A DNA stretch of 59,061 nt. It comes from Octopus bimaculoides (Eukaryota). The notes beneath the pieces were generated by a model, which saw only the letters and a list, made by a program, of their open reading frames with translations, ran no database searches and was not told the DNA's origin. Of the stretch, positions 39,341 to 51,790 are shown piece after piece (the stretch's first letter is position 1; each line of letters begins with the position of its first letter). Made by a program: the position numbers and the translations under genes. Location: NCBI RefSeq assembly GCF_001194135.2, contig NC_068982.1, positions 191,653,546-191,712,606 on the forward strand. The letters are read 5' to 3'.

Positions 39341-40574
39341 TCATCATCATCATCATCATCGTTTAACGTCCGCTTTCCATGCTAGCATGGGTTGGACGAT
39401 TTGACTGAGGACCAATGAAACTCGATGGCTACACCAGGCTCCGATCTGATTTGGCAGAGTTTCTACAGCTGGATTCCCTTCCTAACGCCAATCACTCCGT
39501 GAGTGTAGTGGGTGCTTGTATGTGTCACCGGCACGAGGGCCAGTCAGGCAGAACTGGCAACGGCTCAAAATAGTGTATTTTATGTGCCACTCGCACAAGA
39601 GCCAGTCCAGGGGCACTGGCAACGATCTCGCTCGAAAGTCCTTACACATTGTGCAGGCACAAGTGCCAGAAAGGCGACGCTAGGCACAGGTGCCATCATG
39701 AGTGTACAATAATAATTCTGTGTTATTTACTGGGTTATTTTTTTTACCACTCATCTTATCGTTTCATCATCATCATCATTTAACATCCGTTTTCCATGCT
39801 GGCATGGGTTGGACAGTTTGACTGAGGCCTGGAGAGCCAGCAGCTGCACAGGCTCCAATCTGATCTGACAAAATTTCTACAGCTGGATGCCTTTCCTAAT
39901 GCCAACCACTCCGAGAGTGTAGTGGGGTGCTTTTTACGTGCCACCAGCACAGGAACCAGTCAGGCAGACCTGTAATCATAAATATATATGTGTGTATATA
40001 GGCTTATATGATTGTGTGTGCTTGTACATAAGCATAGGTGGGTTTATATTTGCATGTATGTATCTTTTCACCGTTAAGTGGTGGTGAAAGGAACATATAT
40101 ATAATATATATACAACCTTCGACAGAGTAACAATTATATAACAGTTTAAAAGGTATATTTAATAACGGTTTCAAATTTTGCCACAAGGTCCTGCAAGTTC
40201 AGGGGAGGGGCTAAGTCGGTTACATCAACTTATTTTATCCATCTCAGGATGAAAGGCAAAGTTGCCCTCAGCGGAATTTGAACTCAACAAAATGCATTTT
40301 ACCCAACATGAGCGCAGTCCAATGACTGAAACTAGTAAAAGATAAAAGATTTCCCATCATACAAATGCACACACAATATTACAGGACACATTACCCATGC
40401 ACACACACAAATATATATATAATGTATGTTTTTATATACACATATATACACATGCGTGTATAGAATATACACAGTGACAAAACATTACACACACACACGA
40501 CATTTATATATAATATTACATATGTGAAAGTGTGTGGCCGAGTGATTAGGGTGTTGCACTTAGGATTGCTAGAT

Positions 40575-41600
40575 CATCATCATCATCGTCGTCATCGTTT
40601 AACGTCCGCCATCCATGCTAGCATGGGTTGGATGATTTGACTGAGGACAGGTGGACCAGGAGGCGACACCAGGCTCCAATCTGATTTGGCAGAGTTTCTA
40701 CAGCTGGATGCCCTTCCTAACGCCAACCACTAAGAGAGTGTAGTGGGTGCTTTTACGTGCCACCAGCACAAGGGCCAGTCGGGCGGGTACTGGCAACGGC
40801 CACGCTCGAAATGGTGTATTTTACGTGCCACCTGCACAGGAGCCAGTCCATCGGCACTGGCAACGATCTCGCTCGAATGACTTTTCACGTGCCACTGGCA
40901 CAAGTGCCAGGAAGGCGACGTCGGTAATTATCACGCTGGTGCTATTTACGTGCCACCGGCACGATGTGCATATATATGCATTTATGTGTATATATATATG
41001 TTTGTATGTGTATATATATATGTTTGTATGTGTATATATATGCTTGTACATGTATATATATGTTTGTGTATATATATGTTTGTATGTGTATATATATAAA
41101 GCCATCATACAATCGCTTTCTCAATCTTATTCGAGGATCGTGGCTGATGACAGTTCCGCCTGATTGGCACTCGTGTCAGTGGAACGTTAAAACTCCATCC
41201 AAGTGTGATCGTTGCCAGGGCCGCTAACTGGCACGTAAAAAGCACCACTCGCATATGATCATTACCAGCGTCGCCTTACTGGCACTTGTGCCGGTGGTAT
41301 GTGGAAAACAACATTCGAGCGAGAGCGTTGCCATTGCCCCTGGACAGGCTCCTGTGCAGGTGACACGTAAAAACTCCATTTGAGTATGGCCATTGTCAAT
41401 ACCGCCAGAGTGGCCTAGTGCCGGTGGCACGTAAAAGCACCTACTACACTCTCGGAGTGTTTGGCGTTAAGAAGGGCATCCAGCTGTAGAAACTCTGCCA
41501 AATCAGATTGGAGCCTGGTGTCGCCTCCTGGTCCACCTGTCCTCAGTCAAACCGTCCAACCCATGCCAGCATAGAAAGCGGACATTAAACGATGATGATG
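40575..41600. mobile_element. Head-to-head inverted pair of RTE 3'-end/SINE copies
   Basis: - copy 40575-40965 and + copy 41225-41600 share an identical 81-nt core (40636-40716 / 41471-41551). Confidence 0.85.
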
Positions 41601-41739
41601 ATATACACACGCACATACATATATATATACACGCACACATATATACACACACACATATTTATTTATTTATGTGTTTCAGCCAAGTGGCTGCGGTCATGCT
41701 GATATACACATGCAAGTATATATATACACATGCAAGCAT

Positions 41740-42120
41740 ATATATACACATACAAACATATATACACATACAAACATATATACACATACAAACATATATA
41801 CACATACAAACATATATATATACATACAAACATATATACATACATACAAACATATATACATACATACAAACATATATACATACATACAAACATATATATA
41901 TACATACAAACATATATATGTATACATACAAACATATATATGTATACATACAAACATATATATGTATACATACAAACATATATGTATACATACAAACATA
42001 TATATGTATACATACAAACATATATATGTATACATACAAACATATATATGTATACATACAAACATATATATGTATACATACAAACATATATACATACAAA
42101 CATAGACATACACAAACATA
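41740..42120 (+). repeat. Compound minisatellite (CATACAAACATATATA-type units, 14-22 bp)
   Basis: About 20 units; reverse-orientation units at about 40985-41095. Source of the spurious YTYKHI/MFVCIY ORFs. Confidence 0.9.
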
Positions 42121-42162
42121 TATATACATACACTAACATATATATACATACATACATACATA

Positions 42163-43805
42163 TCGTTAATCCTCGAGTATAATCCCCATTTTCCCCCAAA
42201 ATTTAAAGGTCAAAATCCCTTTTGTGCGTACGATATACGAGGTTAAAAATGAAAAATATTTTCTAAGCAATGTCCGAGTCTCTTGTCTGCTGCCCGGCAA
42301 TGTTTATTCAGACGCATTTTGTGATGTCTGCCGCGAGAATACCTTAAGCTAAGCCTGAAAGCAATGAAGTCATAAAAGAATCATCCATAACTTGCAGTAA
42401 GCAACATTTATTGAAATAAAAGTGTTGAATATCGTCTGAACTGGATGGTTCTCAGGATGACATTGTATGGAAAGATGAAATAAATGAAAGTGAATCTTCT
42501 GTTCATGTTGACGATGACAGAGATTTACACTACAATGATGCTGACATGTTATTTGATGTTGAATTTGAAGGATTTGAATAAGAATAAACAGAAAAAGTAC
42601 ACAAATATATTTTACACACCTGTCGTATACGTCGGTTTGGTTTTTTTCACTTTAAAGGTGGATTAATCCCAACAAAATAACATAACCACCTTTAAAGAGA
42701 AAAAAACCAAACCGACGTATACGACAGGTGTGTAAAATATATTTGTGTACTTTTTCTGTTTATTCTTAATCTTCGTGTTTTTGCAAGATTGAAAAAAGTT
42801 TCGGAAAGCTAACATTTTAAAATTCTTCGGGAAGCGACACTGTGATAGTTTCTATATTTAACCGTGCGTGTATATTCCTATTTTTGCTCCTGTTCTCTTC
42901 TACTTCTCTACTAGAAACGTTTACTTTGGAATTTACTTCTATNNNNNNNNNNNNNNNNNNNNNNNNNNNNNNNNNNNNNNNNNNNNNNNNNNNNNNNNNN
43001 NNNNNNNNNNNNNNNNNNNNNNNNNNNNNNNNNNNNNNNNNNNNNNNNNNNNNNNNNNNNNNNNNNNNNNNNNNNNNNNNNNNNNNNNNNNNNNNNNNNN
43101 NNNNNNNNNNNNNNNNNNNNNNNNNNNNNNNNNNNNNNNNNNNNNNNNNNNNNNNNNNNNNNNNNNNNNNNNNNNNNNNNNNNNNNNNNNNNNNNNNNNN
43201 NNNNNNNNNNNNNNNNNNNNNNNNNNNNNNNNNNNNNNNNNNNNNNNNNNNNNNNNNNNNNNNNNNNNNNNNNNNCCTGGAAGTTATAAGTGGACTCTGT
43301 TGGAATTTCCGAAAATTGTCCCCCACCCCTATTCCAAAACACTTTCACCGGAAATTGTATATTCGGATTCTACATAGTAAATACTATATGCATAGAAAAT
43401 TTCATTAAAAAATATTCATTTTTCTGAAAGTTATGACCTCCCAAAGTCTGGGGGGTAAAACCATGTAGTTATGCCGTTATGGCTTTAACAACTGATAGTG
43501 ATAAATATGTGAAAGGCAATTTACTTAATATTTATTTTTCACTGACGTTATTACTGTTATTTCTTTATTTTCTGCAAACAAAGTGCACAAAAAAGCTACA
43601 CGTTTGCATTATGTTATATATACAATAATAATAAAGGACGTTATCGTATATATGTTTACAAATCAAAGACGTTATATAGACCTCTTTGACTGAAGTTAGA
43701 GAAGGGTGCGTATTATACACAAGGTTTACGTTTTTCAGAGGTACAGCTCCCTAAAAATCCCCTGCGTATTACACGCAAGGACGGACTATACTCGAGGATT
43801 TACGG
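42163..43805 (+). mobile_element. pogo/Tigger-like non-autonomous DNA transposon with nested inserts
   Basis: TA-flanked 25-bp TIRs TATCGTTAATCCTCGAGTATAATCC (42161) and GGACTATACTCGAGGATTTACGGTA (43783-43807), 3 mismatches. 42432-42581 encodes ELDGSQDDIVW...LFDVEFEGFE*, a pogo transposase acidic C-terminus. Confidence 0.85.
42579..42768. repeat. 83-bp inverted repeat with a 24-nt spacer
   Basis: 42579-42661 versus 42686-42768, one mismatch. Confidence 0.9.
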
Positions 43806-43884
43806 TATATATATACATACGCAAACATATATACACACATACGCAATACATATACACACATACGCAAACTTTATACGGAAAAAC

Positions 43885-44225
43885 ATTGCTTAGCAACCAC
43901 ATGGTTCCAGGTTCAGTCTCACTGCGTGGCACTTTGGATAAGTGTCTACAATCGCCTTGGGCCAAACAAAGCCGTGAGTGGATATGGTAGACGGAAACTG
44001 AAAGAAGCCCGTCGTATATACATATGTATGTGTGTATATATATATTTGTGTCTGTGTACCACCACCACCACCATCGCTCGAGAACAGATGCTGGTGTATT
44101 TACGTCCCCGTATTCTAGAGGTTCGACAAAAAGGGACCGATAGAATGAGTACCAGGCTTATAAAGAATAAGTCCTGGGGTCGATTTGTTTGACTGGTCGC
44201 AGTCAAATAACTGAAACAAGTAAAA
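43885..44225 (+). mobile_element. tRNA-derived SINE family A (most intact copy)
   Basis: ttgcttagcaaccacatggttccaggttcagtc (B-box-like), gcactttggataagtgtct, gacggaaactgaaagaagcccgtcg. Other copies at about 5345, 12040, 19225, 20895 (+) and 31960, 32472, 37215 (-). Confidence 0.8.
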
Positions 44226-44384
44226 GAATATGAGAGAGAGAAAGCGAGAGAAATATACACAAACATATGCATACATATGTACAAACGTAACTATCCATAC
44301 ACACACATAACCATAGCTATAGACAGATATATATATATATACACACCGAATGTTATAGACTTAAAAGAAATGTGTAGCACGTAC

Positions 44385-44784
44385 CTATGTAGAAGAAGCC
44401 AGCGCTTGCCATTTTATCTGCAGAAATGTTGTCGTCTTTCGACCAAGTATTAGAGAAACTGTCCAAACGGTCGTAAAAAAAGGTGTAGGCTGGGATCTTC
44501 GGGTTAGTATTCTGTCTTGGAACATTACCACATTCTCTGCCTTGCACAAACGGACAATCTGGAAACCACTTGCTGTGTTCCGTGGACACCACGTCGGTTT
44601 GAACCCATTTTTCTAAATGTCCTCTACAAAATACACAGGCGACTGCGTCTTTGTGTCCTGTATAATAAAAACCTTGTCGAGCCACCTCCTCCCTAGAAAC
44701 AGCTCCATTCAGTGGCCAAGTATGGAATGTGTCGAGACGGACGGACTCGATCTTGAGGTAAGAAGGGTCGTTGATATACTCCAT
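44385..44784 (-). CDS. Inhibitor of apoptosis (BIRC/IAP family) coding exon 1: BIR domain 1 and first half of BIR domain 2
   Basis: ATG 44784. MEYINDPSYLKIESVRLDTFHTWP..ARQGFYYTGHKDAVACVFC..LEKW..EHSKWFPDCPFV, then RLDSF..ASAGFFYI G|gtacgt. 400 nt, ends phase 1. An acceptor ctttcag at 44852-44854 implies an upstream 5' UTR exon. Confidence 0.95.
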
Positions 44785-46199
44785 GGAAATAATGCTAACC
44801 AAAAATTTCTGCCTGCAGTGATTTTTTTCTTGATATCTATTAATTTTGTGGCTGAAAGAAAGCAGGAAACATGGTCGAATAAGCAACAATCCACAGAAAA
44901 TTCATTAAATTATTCACCATCGTTTTTGTTTTGTTTACTCCATCGATTATTGAATAATATTATAACATTAATGCCATTTCTACATTTCTGTTTAGCACCT
45001 GTTGTCTATCAATTAGGGATTCTAACATGTTTACAACAAAATACTCGAGATGTAAGAGAACAATTAGACTATCAACTCTGAGTTGTGTAAATTGCGGAGA
45101 CAAGGCCAAGATGTTATTGAAGAAGAATTAGCTTATGAAGGATTAATTCATGAAGGATTAATTTATCAGAGTTAAAAGAAGTTGATGGGGGAGGACACGG
45201 GAGAGTTGTCTCCCTCTGGTTAACTTAAAAAATAATAACGGGTTTGGCGGAAAGAAATTCTTTTAGGAAGAAGACGATGTGATCAGAGTTTCAAATCATG
45301 CGGATTCCCCTGTGCGTAGAATATAACAAAGACAACGGTGTTGGACAAAAAAATAAAAGAGAGAATAGTAGAAATGATAAAATAAGTTGGAGAGAGAGAG
45401 AAACAGACAGACCGAGTGAAGGAGAAAGAAAATGAACAGAGTAAGACTGAATGTGGAGAAAGGGTGCGGGGAATAATAGCGTGTATGTGTGTGTGTGTGT
45501 GTGTTGAAGCAGGAGAAAATTGAGAGACGAGAAAGGAAAAGAGGGAGTGTAGTGTCACTCCTGAAACTGAAGTAAAATAACCAAACACAAAGTCAGGAAC
45601 TCAAACAGGAATTGAACGTTAAGCAAATGGAATAAGATTAAAATACTTCATGTCTGGATTAAGCCAGCTTTTGCAAAAGTATTTCCCTTCCTTCTTCAAC
45701 TTTCTAATTGAGAAACTTCACAAAACTATTCAACCTTCATAAGTTTCCTCGGCTCTTCTATTATTTACTTTTTCTTATAACTTATTAGAGACGCCTGATT
45801 ACAATGCTACGGCGTTCGGCGACAAAAGCAAGGATTGCGGTTTCAAATCAAAACGTTTGTTCGAATACTTGTAGATGTGGACAAATTCTTTCAACTAGAA
45901 ATTGGCGATCCCTGGACTGGTGAGTCCCATACTGCTCCAGAGATGTAGCCTCAAATCTATGCCGTATCTATATGAAACAGAAATAGTTTCCTCTTGTATA
46001 GTTAAGCTGTACACTCCCCCCGGTAAAAAGTGGTAGTACTCAGCTATTATAAATAGACCAGTAGCCGGACGACAGTGAGGAAACAGTAATTATACTAAGT
46101 GGCCGTTATAACGATCCAACCTGTTGAGGATAATAGCACTGGGTTAATGTTTACAACTTGACCCGGAAACGAAAATCAGAAAAAAAATAGTGCAACGGG

Positions 46200-46541
46200 T
46201 GTAAAAAAATGTGCTGGAAATATGTAAAATAAAAGAACATGCGCGCAAAGCAACGGGAAGGTGGGGAGAAGACCTCAGAAAATTCACAAGATCCGAGTTT
46301 TTCCTTCATAACTTTCAGGAAAATCGGGTTTTTTCAAAGAAATTGTATAGAAATAGCTTTCAAACGGCATACATTACGATTATAAAGAAATTTGTGGGTA
46401 AAATCTTTTCCAAGGGGTGGGGAGAGGACTTCGGAAAATTCACAAGATCCGAGTTTTTCCCCCCATAACTCGGAACCATATGGTTGGTAAGCAAGCTATT
46501 TACCACACTTTTGTGGTAAAGGTGCACTTGTAAAAATTTAG

Positions 46542-46609
<68 letters not shown>

Positions 46610-47170
46610 ACGAGTGAGTGAGAATAACGACGGAAGGGTTAAAAAGAGCATAAAAATATTTGAAGATAAAATGAAATAAAATTGAAGCCAAAACATTAAA
46701 ATTATTGAAAGTGGGTAGAAATAGAAACTACGTAGTGTAGTAGTACTATGCTAAGATATGTGTAGAAAATTGAATGTGATTTCGGAATATAACGAGGAAA
46801 AATTCGGATCTTGGGAATTTTCCGAAAGTCCTCTCCCACCTCAAGATTTTACCCACAAATTACTTTATAATCGTAATGTATACCGTTTGAAAGGTATTTA
46901 AAAAAAAAAAAAAAATTTTCCTAACAGTTACAAGGGAAAAACTCGGATCTTGTGAATTTTCCGAAATCCTCTTCCTACTCCTTGGAAAAGATTTTACCCA
47001 CAATTTTTTTTTATATAATCGTAATGTATGCCGTTTGAAAGGTATTTCTATAAAATTTCATTGAAAAAACCCCCATTTTCCTAAAAGTTATGAAGGAAAA
47101 GCTCGGATCTTGTGAATTTTCCGAGGTCCTCTCCTCACGCTCCCGTTTTTTTGCGTGCATATTTTTTACA
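46200..47170. mobile_element. Foldback-like element: long imperfect inverted arms built of 140-160-bp subrepeats
   Basis: About 46223-46466 is the reverse complement of about 46925-47170. Core ggaaaattcacaagatccgag recurs at about 46280 and 46435 (+) and at 46806, 46945 and 47105 (-). Confidence 0.8.
46813..46823 (+). promoter_or_regulatory. kB-like (Rel/NF-kB) motif GGGAATTTTCC, about 2 kb upstream of the IAP ATG
   Basis: Matches the Dorsal/Rel-type GGG(W)4-5CC consensus; variant GTGAATTTTCC copies lie in the same element. Confidence 0.35.
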
Positions 47171-48149
47171 GGACCCTATAAAATGGCAAAACCAGAATGA
47201 TAGGAAAAGGGAACAACCAAGAAAAAGTAATGTTTGTCAGCAGGAAAAGTTGTGACTCCGACAAACAGAAAATTCGTGAAAACACTAGAGTCAGAATGCA
47301 ATGAGACACAGGAAGTGACTTCACAATCCTAAATGAGAGACCATGGAAACGAAAGGGTAAACCAAAATTATTATGGAGTTCTAACAAAACAGCGGACGGC
47401 ATTACTGGAAGAAAATTATATTTCATGGACGAACGCGTTTCAAAAGTCGATTTTTTTATTACCCACAGGGGGCTAAACACAGAGGGGACAATACAAAGAC
47501 ACAAAAGTAAGGACAAGAAGAAAAAAAAAACAGATATAAAAAGGATGAATTAAAATGAAATGAAATGAAGCCACTCGACCAGATATACGGACGACTCCAT
47601 TTGTCCTTGCTATAAACGATGGGTAATGTCTTTTTGGAACTTTTTATCCCTTTTTTTTTATTTGAAAATTTTGAATAAGTTCAATATAACTTACCGACTT
47701 TGGCAATTTCCCAGAGTCAACTTTCATTTCCCAGCAACGCGCATCGTCCCTGCATCCCTTCAGTCTTGGCATGTACTTGGGGGTCTGCCATAACGCACTC
47801 AAAGCGACAGGGCACCCCCACCACACTGTACAGCGCTTACCGTTATTAGTTGGTCCCAACCGTTTAGTTCCTTAACAAGCTCCTCGTTTGCCATATTGTA
47901 AATTACAACACTTCTTTCCACAGGGTGGGGGTTTGGAAGTTTGAGGCTCGTGTGATAGTAGTTAATTTGTCAGTGTTGAGCGTGATAGGGTGAGGGTTGG
48001 TGTCTACAAGGGAAGGGTGGGACAAAGTGGGTCCGGATGGGAGCGAGATGGGGGTTGTCATTCACAGATCGTGTCTTCGTTCTCTTTCCAGCCGTTTCCC
48101 ATCCATCATTTTTCTTTGGTTCCAATCTCACCTTCGGTACTAACCCCAC

Positions 48150-48440
48150 TGGTTCTTGCTAGTGGTGGAGGTGCAGCTTCCTTTAAAATCCTTAAAACGA
48201 TTAAGCTGGTCCCTCCGGAGTCAGCGGTTAACGACAAGAGTAATAGCACGGTGGTGCACCGCACACAAGCGGTCGCCACCAACAAAATAGATGTATTATC
48301 AGAGGACGATGTTGAAGAGTGTCTGGGAGCCATTATGAAGAGAGCAACATTTGTAAGCAGCGGAAGGAAGTACGGCACGGTGGAGGTGAGGTTTCCCACC
48401 AAAGAAGAGGCGGCCTCACATTCCACCACTATTCTTATTT
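48150..48440 (+). mobile_element. Third fragment of the ORF1 family (N-terminal part)
   Basis: VVHRTQAVATNKIDVLSEDDVEECLGAIMKRATFVSSGRKYGTVEVRFPTKEEA aligns with VVYRTQAVETCKIEMVTEEEIEECLDEIVNEAMYIGRRRKFGTGEVRFATIEEA. Confidence 0.75.
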
Positions 48441-48489
48441 CTTTTATTGCCCACAAGGGGCTAAACATAGAGGGGGCAAACAAGGACAG

Positions 48490-48625
48490 ACAAACGGATT
48501 AAGTCGATTACATCGACCTCAGTGCGTAACTGGTATTTAATTTATCTACCCCGAAAGGATGAAAGGCAAAGTCGACCTCGGCGGAATTTGAACTCAGAAC
48601 GTAACGGCAGACGAAATACCGATTT
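48490..48625 (-). mobile_element. tRNA-derived SINE family B (central domain resembling Meta/MESC-type SINEs)
   Basis: Minus strand: gagttcaaattccgccgaggtcgactttgcctttcatcctttcgggg. Other copies at about 8830, 25560, 33530, 33740, 40170, 50090. Superfamily assignment is from memory. Confidence 0.7.
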
Positions 48626-48626
48626 C

Positions 48627-50090
48627 TTTATTACCCCAAAAAGGCTATGCAAAGAGTTTTTATGGGACATCATAAAACATAAAGACAATACAAAACGCGC
48701 AACAAACATAAAATCGGGGAACTAAGAATACAAAAGCGGATGATGATAGTAGAAGAAAAATTAAAATATAATCAGTTCTAGGGAGTGGTGTCTCCACCAA
48801 CCAAACCCGTTTCTTTGTTACATTCTCACCAAGTTCCTTTATACATTCCCAGTAGTTTTCCTCATGTATCAAAATGCTCTTCCAACTTCGCGACTTTTCT
48901 CTCCGTCTGCTCGCTGTTCTCGTACTTTATCAAAACCCCCTTGTATTTAACATCTTTATCCGTTCTCTCCTCCTCTTCTTGTACATTATTGGTTTCTGGC
49001 TTTTCTATCTCTTTTTTGTTTTCTGTTGACCGTTCCTCTGACTTATTTTTCCTTCGCTTTTTAGGGTTAGTAGCTCCATTTTCGTTCTTCTCCTTTGTTT
49101 TCTCTATTTCACACTTCTGTCTCTCTTTCATTTCCTCAATGTGGTCTACAATATTTTCCTTCTCTGCTTGTGTTTTCTCTTGCTGCGGCTGTGTGAACTC
49201 ATATAGGGGGCATTTGGTCTTCATATGACCTCTCTCTCCGCATATATAACAATTTGATTTTCTTCCCTCGACTACGACATTTAACGTCCTCTCGTCTTCC
49301 ACTTCTATCTGGTAGGGAATTCTTTCTATGTCCTCAAATGTGGCAAAAAGCCACATTTCGAGTCCAAATCCCCATCAGTTGCCCACTTTTGTTTCCGCCA
49401 CTGGTCCCAATTCCGGATCCTCCTTGGTTGCAGCCAGAACTGTTGCAACCAACCACTCCGTTTTAATTTTTGGTGGCACTCTCGTAATACGTATCCTCAC
49501 ACTTCTTCTTCCTCTATAACTTGGTAGTAATGCTATTTTCTCGCTTCTTAAAATGTTGGTCGCATGTTTGGTTGCCTCTTCTATAGTGGCGAACCTCACC
49601 TCCCCCGTACCGAACTTTCTTCTTCTGCCGATGTACATGGCTTCATTCACAATTTCATCCAGGCACTCCTCGATTTCCTCTTCCGTCACCATTTCAATTT
49701 TACAGGTTTCAACAGCCTGTGTACGATATACAACTATCCTCAGAATTTTGTCTTCCTTGGTCTCTTTTTGGGGGGAGGAAGGGGACAATTTGTATGAGTC
49801 TCCCTCTACTTCTATCAAATTCCTGCTTCTGCTCACCTCCTCCATATCCAACTTGATCAACTTGGTTTCCAGCGGCACTGGCTTCTTCGCCGCAGTGTCC
49901 CTGGCGTAGCTCTCCATACTGGAGATAATACCTCTCGCCACAGCTGGGGGAAAAATGCAACGGCTCGCGTGAAACGTTACAACAATAAATTCCACAAAAA
50001 TCACAATTATTCACAGAGACAACTGACAGTAATTCACACAGTTTTCACAAAGTAACACAGCAGTATTCACAATAATTCACAGAGCCGTTA
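48627..50090 (-). mobile_element. L1/Tx1-type ORF1-encoding retroelement with no ORF2 (HAL1-like), one nonsense mutation
   Basis: ATG 49917 to stop 48862 in one frame, with an internal TGA at 49375-77 (TGG in the sister copy). RRM-like region plus CCHC knuckle CYICGERGHMKTKC (49251-49210), then a T-rich 3' UTR ending gggtAATAAA. Confidence 0.7.
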
Positions 50091-50144
50091 TACCGCTAAG
50101 CAGTTCGACCGGCGTGCCAACATTTCTGCCAGCTCGCTGCCTTA

Positions 50145-51375
50145 TTCCACTATTCTGCGGTCGGACAAGGTAGTGCTGCTGCCCACGTATAGGGGCAGGC
50201 GCAGTTTTCGAATCCGAATAGGGAGAGTGCCACCTGAAATAAAAACAAAGTGGTTCGTGGCAACTATTCTGGCTGCCACTGAGGACAATCCAGAACTGGG
50301 ATCAGTAGGAAGAACGAATATGTTGAAGTGGTGGGCATGCGGTGTCGAGATGTGGCTTTTTGCCACATTCGAAGATATTGAAAGAATCCTCTGCTAAATA
50401 AAGTTCCCTTACAGTAACCGTTGAGGGTCGTCGACCCAATTGTTACGAATGTGGAGTGAGGGGACATATGAGAACACGGTGCTCCAAGCACGAGCATTCA
50501 CAGAGTGAGAAGACTATGCAAAAGGGACAAGAGGTGGAAATGGCAGAGAAGTTTGAATGAAAGAAGGACGGAGATAGCAAGAGCGATACAAGGCGTGTCA
50601 GAGACACAGAAGAAGTCAAGGCGAAGAAAGACAAAGCGAAGGCGGCAAAGGAGGGGAGTGACGGGTTTGACAACCCCCCACCACCACCACCACCCAAAAA
50701 AAAGAGAAAGAAGGCGAAGTCAAGGGAACACTCGCAGAAACCAGCAGTAAAAATGGAGAGGATGGCCAAAAGAAAGTAGGGACCAGTCTAAACTTAAGCA
50801 TACGCATGCAGTGGAGAAGGAACAAGAGGAAGAGGAATACAAGCATGAGGGATACATGGTTTACTTTGGAGGTGGAGAGGAGAATATCCAAGCGGAAAGG
50901 TTTGGTAAGGGTGAAGCTACCCAAGGAGAATGACAGCTGTGTTCTGTTGAAAGACGAAAGGTACGATGTATTTTTGGATTCTTTCGGTGAAGTGGTGACT
51001 ATGATTGATGGGCCGGTGTTGTATAACGCAATGCCGCCCGTCCTGGAATATGCAAAGCTTGAACATTTCAGACATAAGATATTAAATATAATATGAACAA
51101 TATTCTTTTTTTTTAATGATAAAAATGTGAACTTTTTCTTTTAAAAAATGGGGGGGGGGAGGAAAACCTGTCCAAAATCCTATCCAAATGTAACCCCTCG
51201 ACTTCCGGTGCCGAGTGGGCATTGCGCTTCATTTTATCATTATTCATAATTTCCTTCGTTTCTTTTCTTTTTTTGCTCGATTTCCTTTTTGTATTTTTAT
51301 TTCCCCGATTTTATGTTTTGTATTGTCTTTTGTGCTGTACAAACGTCTATATTTAGCTCTTTGTGGGTAATAAAA
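50145..51375 (+). mobile_element. Second, 5'-truncated copy of the ORF1-only element
   Basis: ILRSDKVVLLPTYRGRRSFRIRIGRVPPEIKTKW..EMWLFATFEDIERI; knuckle CYECGVRGHMRTRC 50441-50482; same 3' tail (ttccccgattttatgttttg..gggtaataaa). Confidence 0.7.
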
Positions 51376-51394
51376 GAGGTTTTACCCTTTGTCC

Positions 51395-51790
51395 CTAGGT
51401 AAGAGGTAGGTGCTTCATCTGGGACGTCACAGTCTGTGGCTCCTTTGCATCCTCCTACATCCTGGATGCTGCGGTAAATGGGAAGGTCACTACTTACGTA
51501 GCCGAATGGAACAAAATCCTTAAGTATCGGGACCTGTCAGAGAAACCTTTCTTCCAGCCTGTGACATTTGAGATGTTTGGAGGAGCTGGGACGCGAACGG
51601 CGAAGTTCTTGTCATCGTTGGTGGCTCGCCGTACAGAGATGCCGGGTGATGCCCGTGAGGATGCTTAACTGTTTCAACACCTAGCCTCGCCATCGCCCGC
51701 GGTTCTGCCGCGAGCGTGATGGCTTGCTTCCTTGTGATGTGCCAACGACCAATTGAGGCACTGAGCATTGAATTGATGTGGGTGTATATG
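51395..51790 (+). mobile_element. CRE-clade non-LTR retrotransposon 3' end (restriction-like endonuclease remnant)
   Basis: RCFIWDVTVCGSFASSY..AEWNKILKYRDL..FFQPVTFEMFGG.G..TAKFL..GDARE..LFQHL(fs)SLAIARGSAASV. Confidence 0.75.

Noticed and set aside
41659-42199. Multiple 140-180-aa ORFs (YTYKHI, MFVCIY repeats)
   Set aside because: Translations of a stop-free minisatellite; similar artefacts at 11.3, 29.2, 31.1-31.6 and 56.4 kb.
44785-44889. ORF-track start MLLIRP.. for the IAP
   Set aside because: It crosses a clear polypyrimidine/CAG acceptor at 44852; ATG 44784 is the more plausible start.
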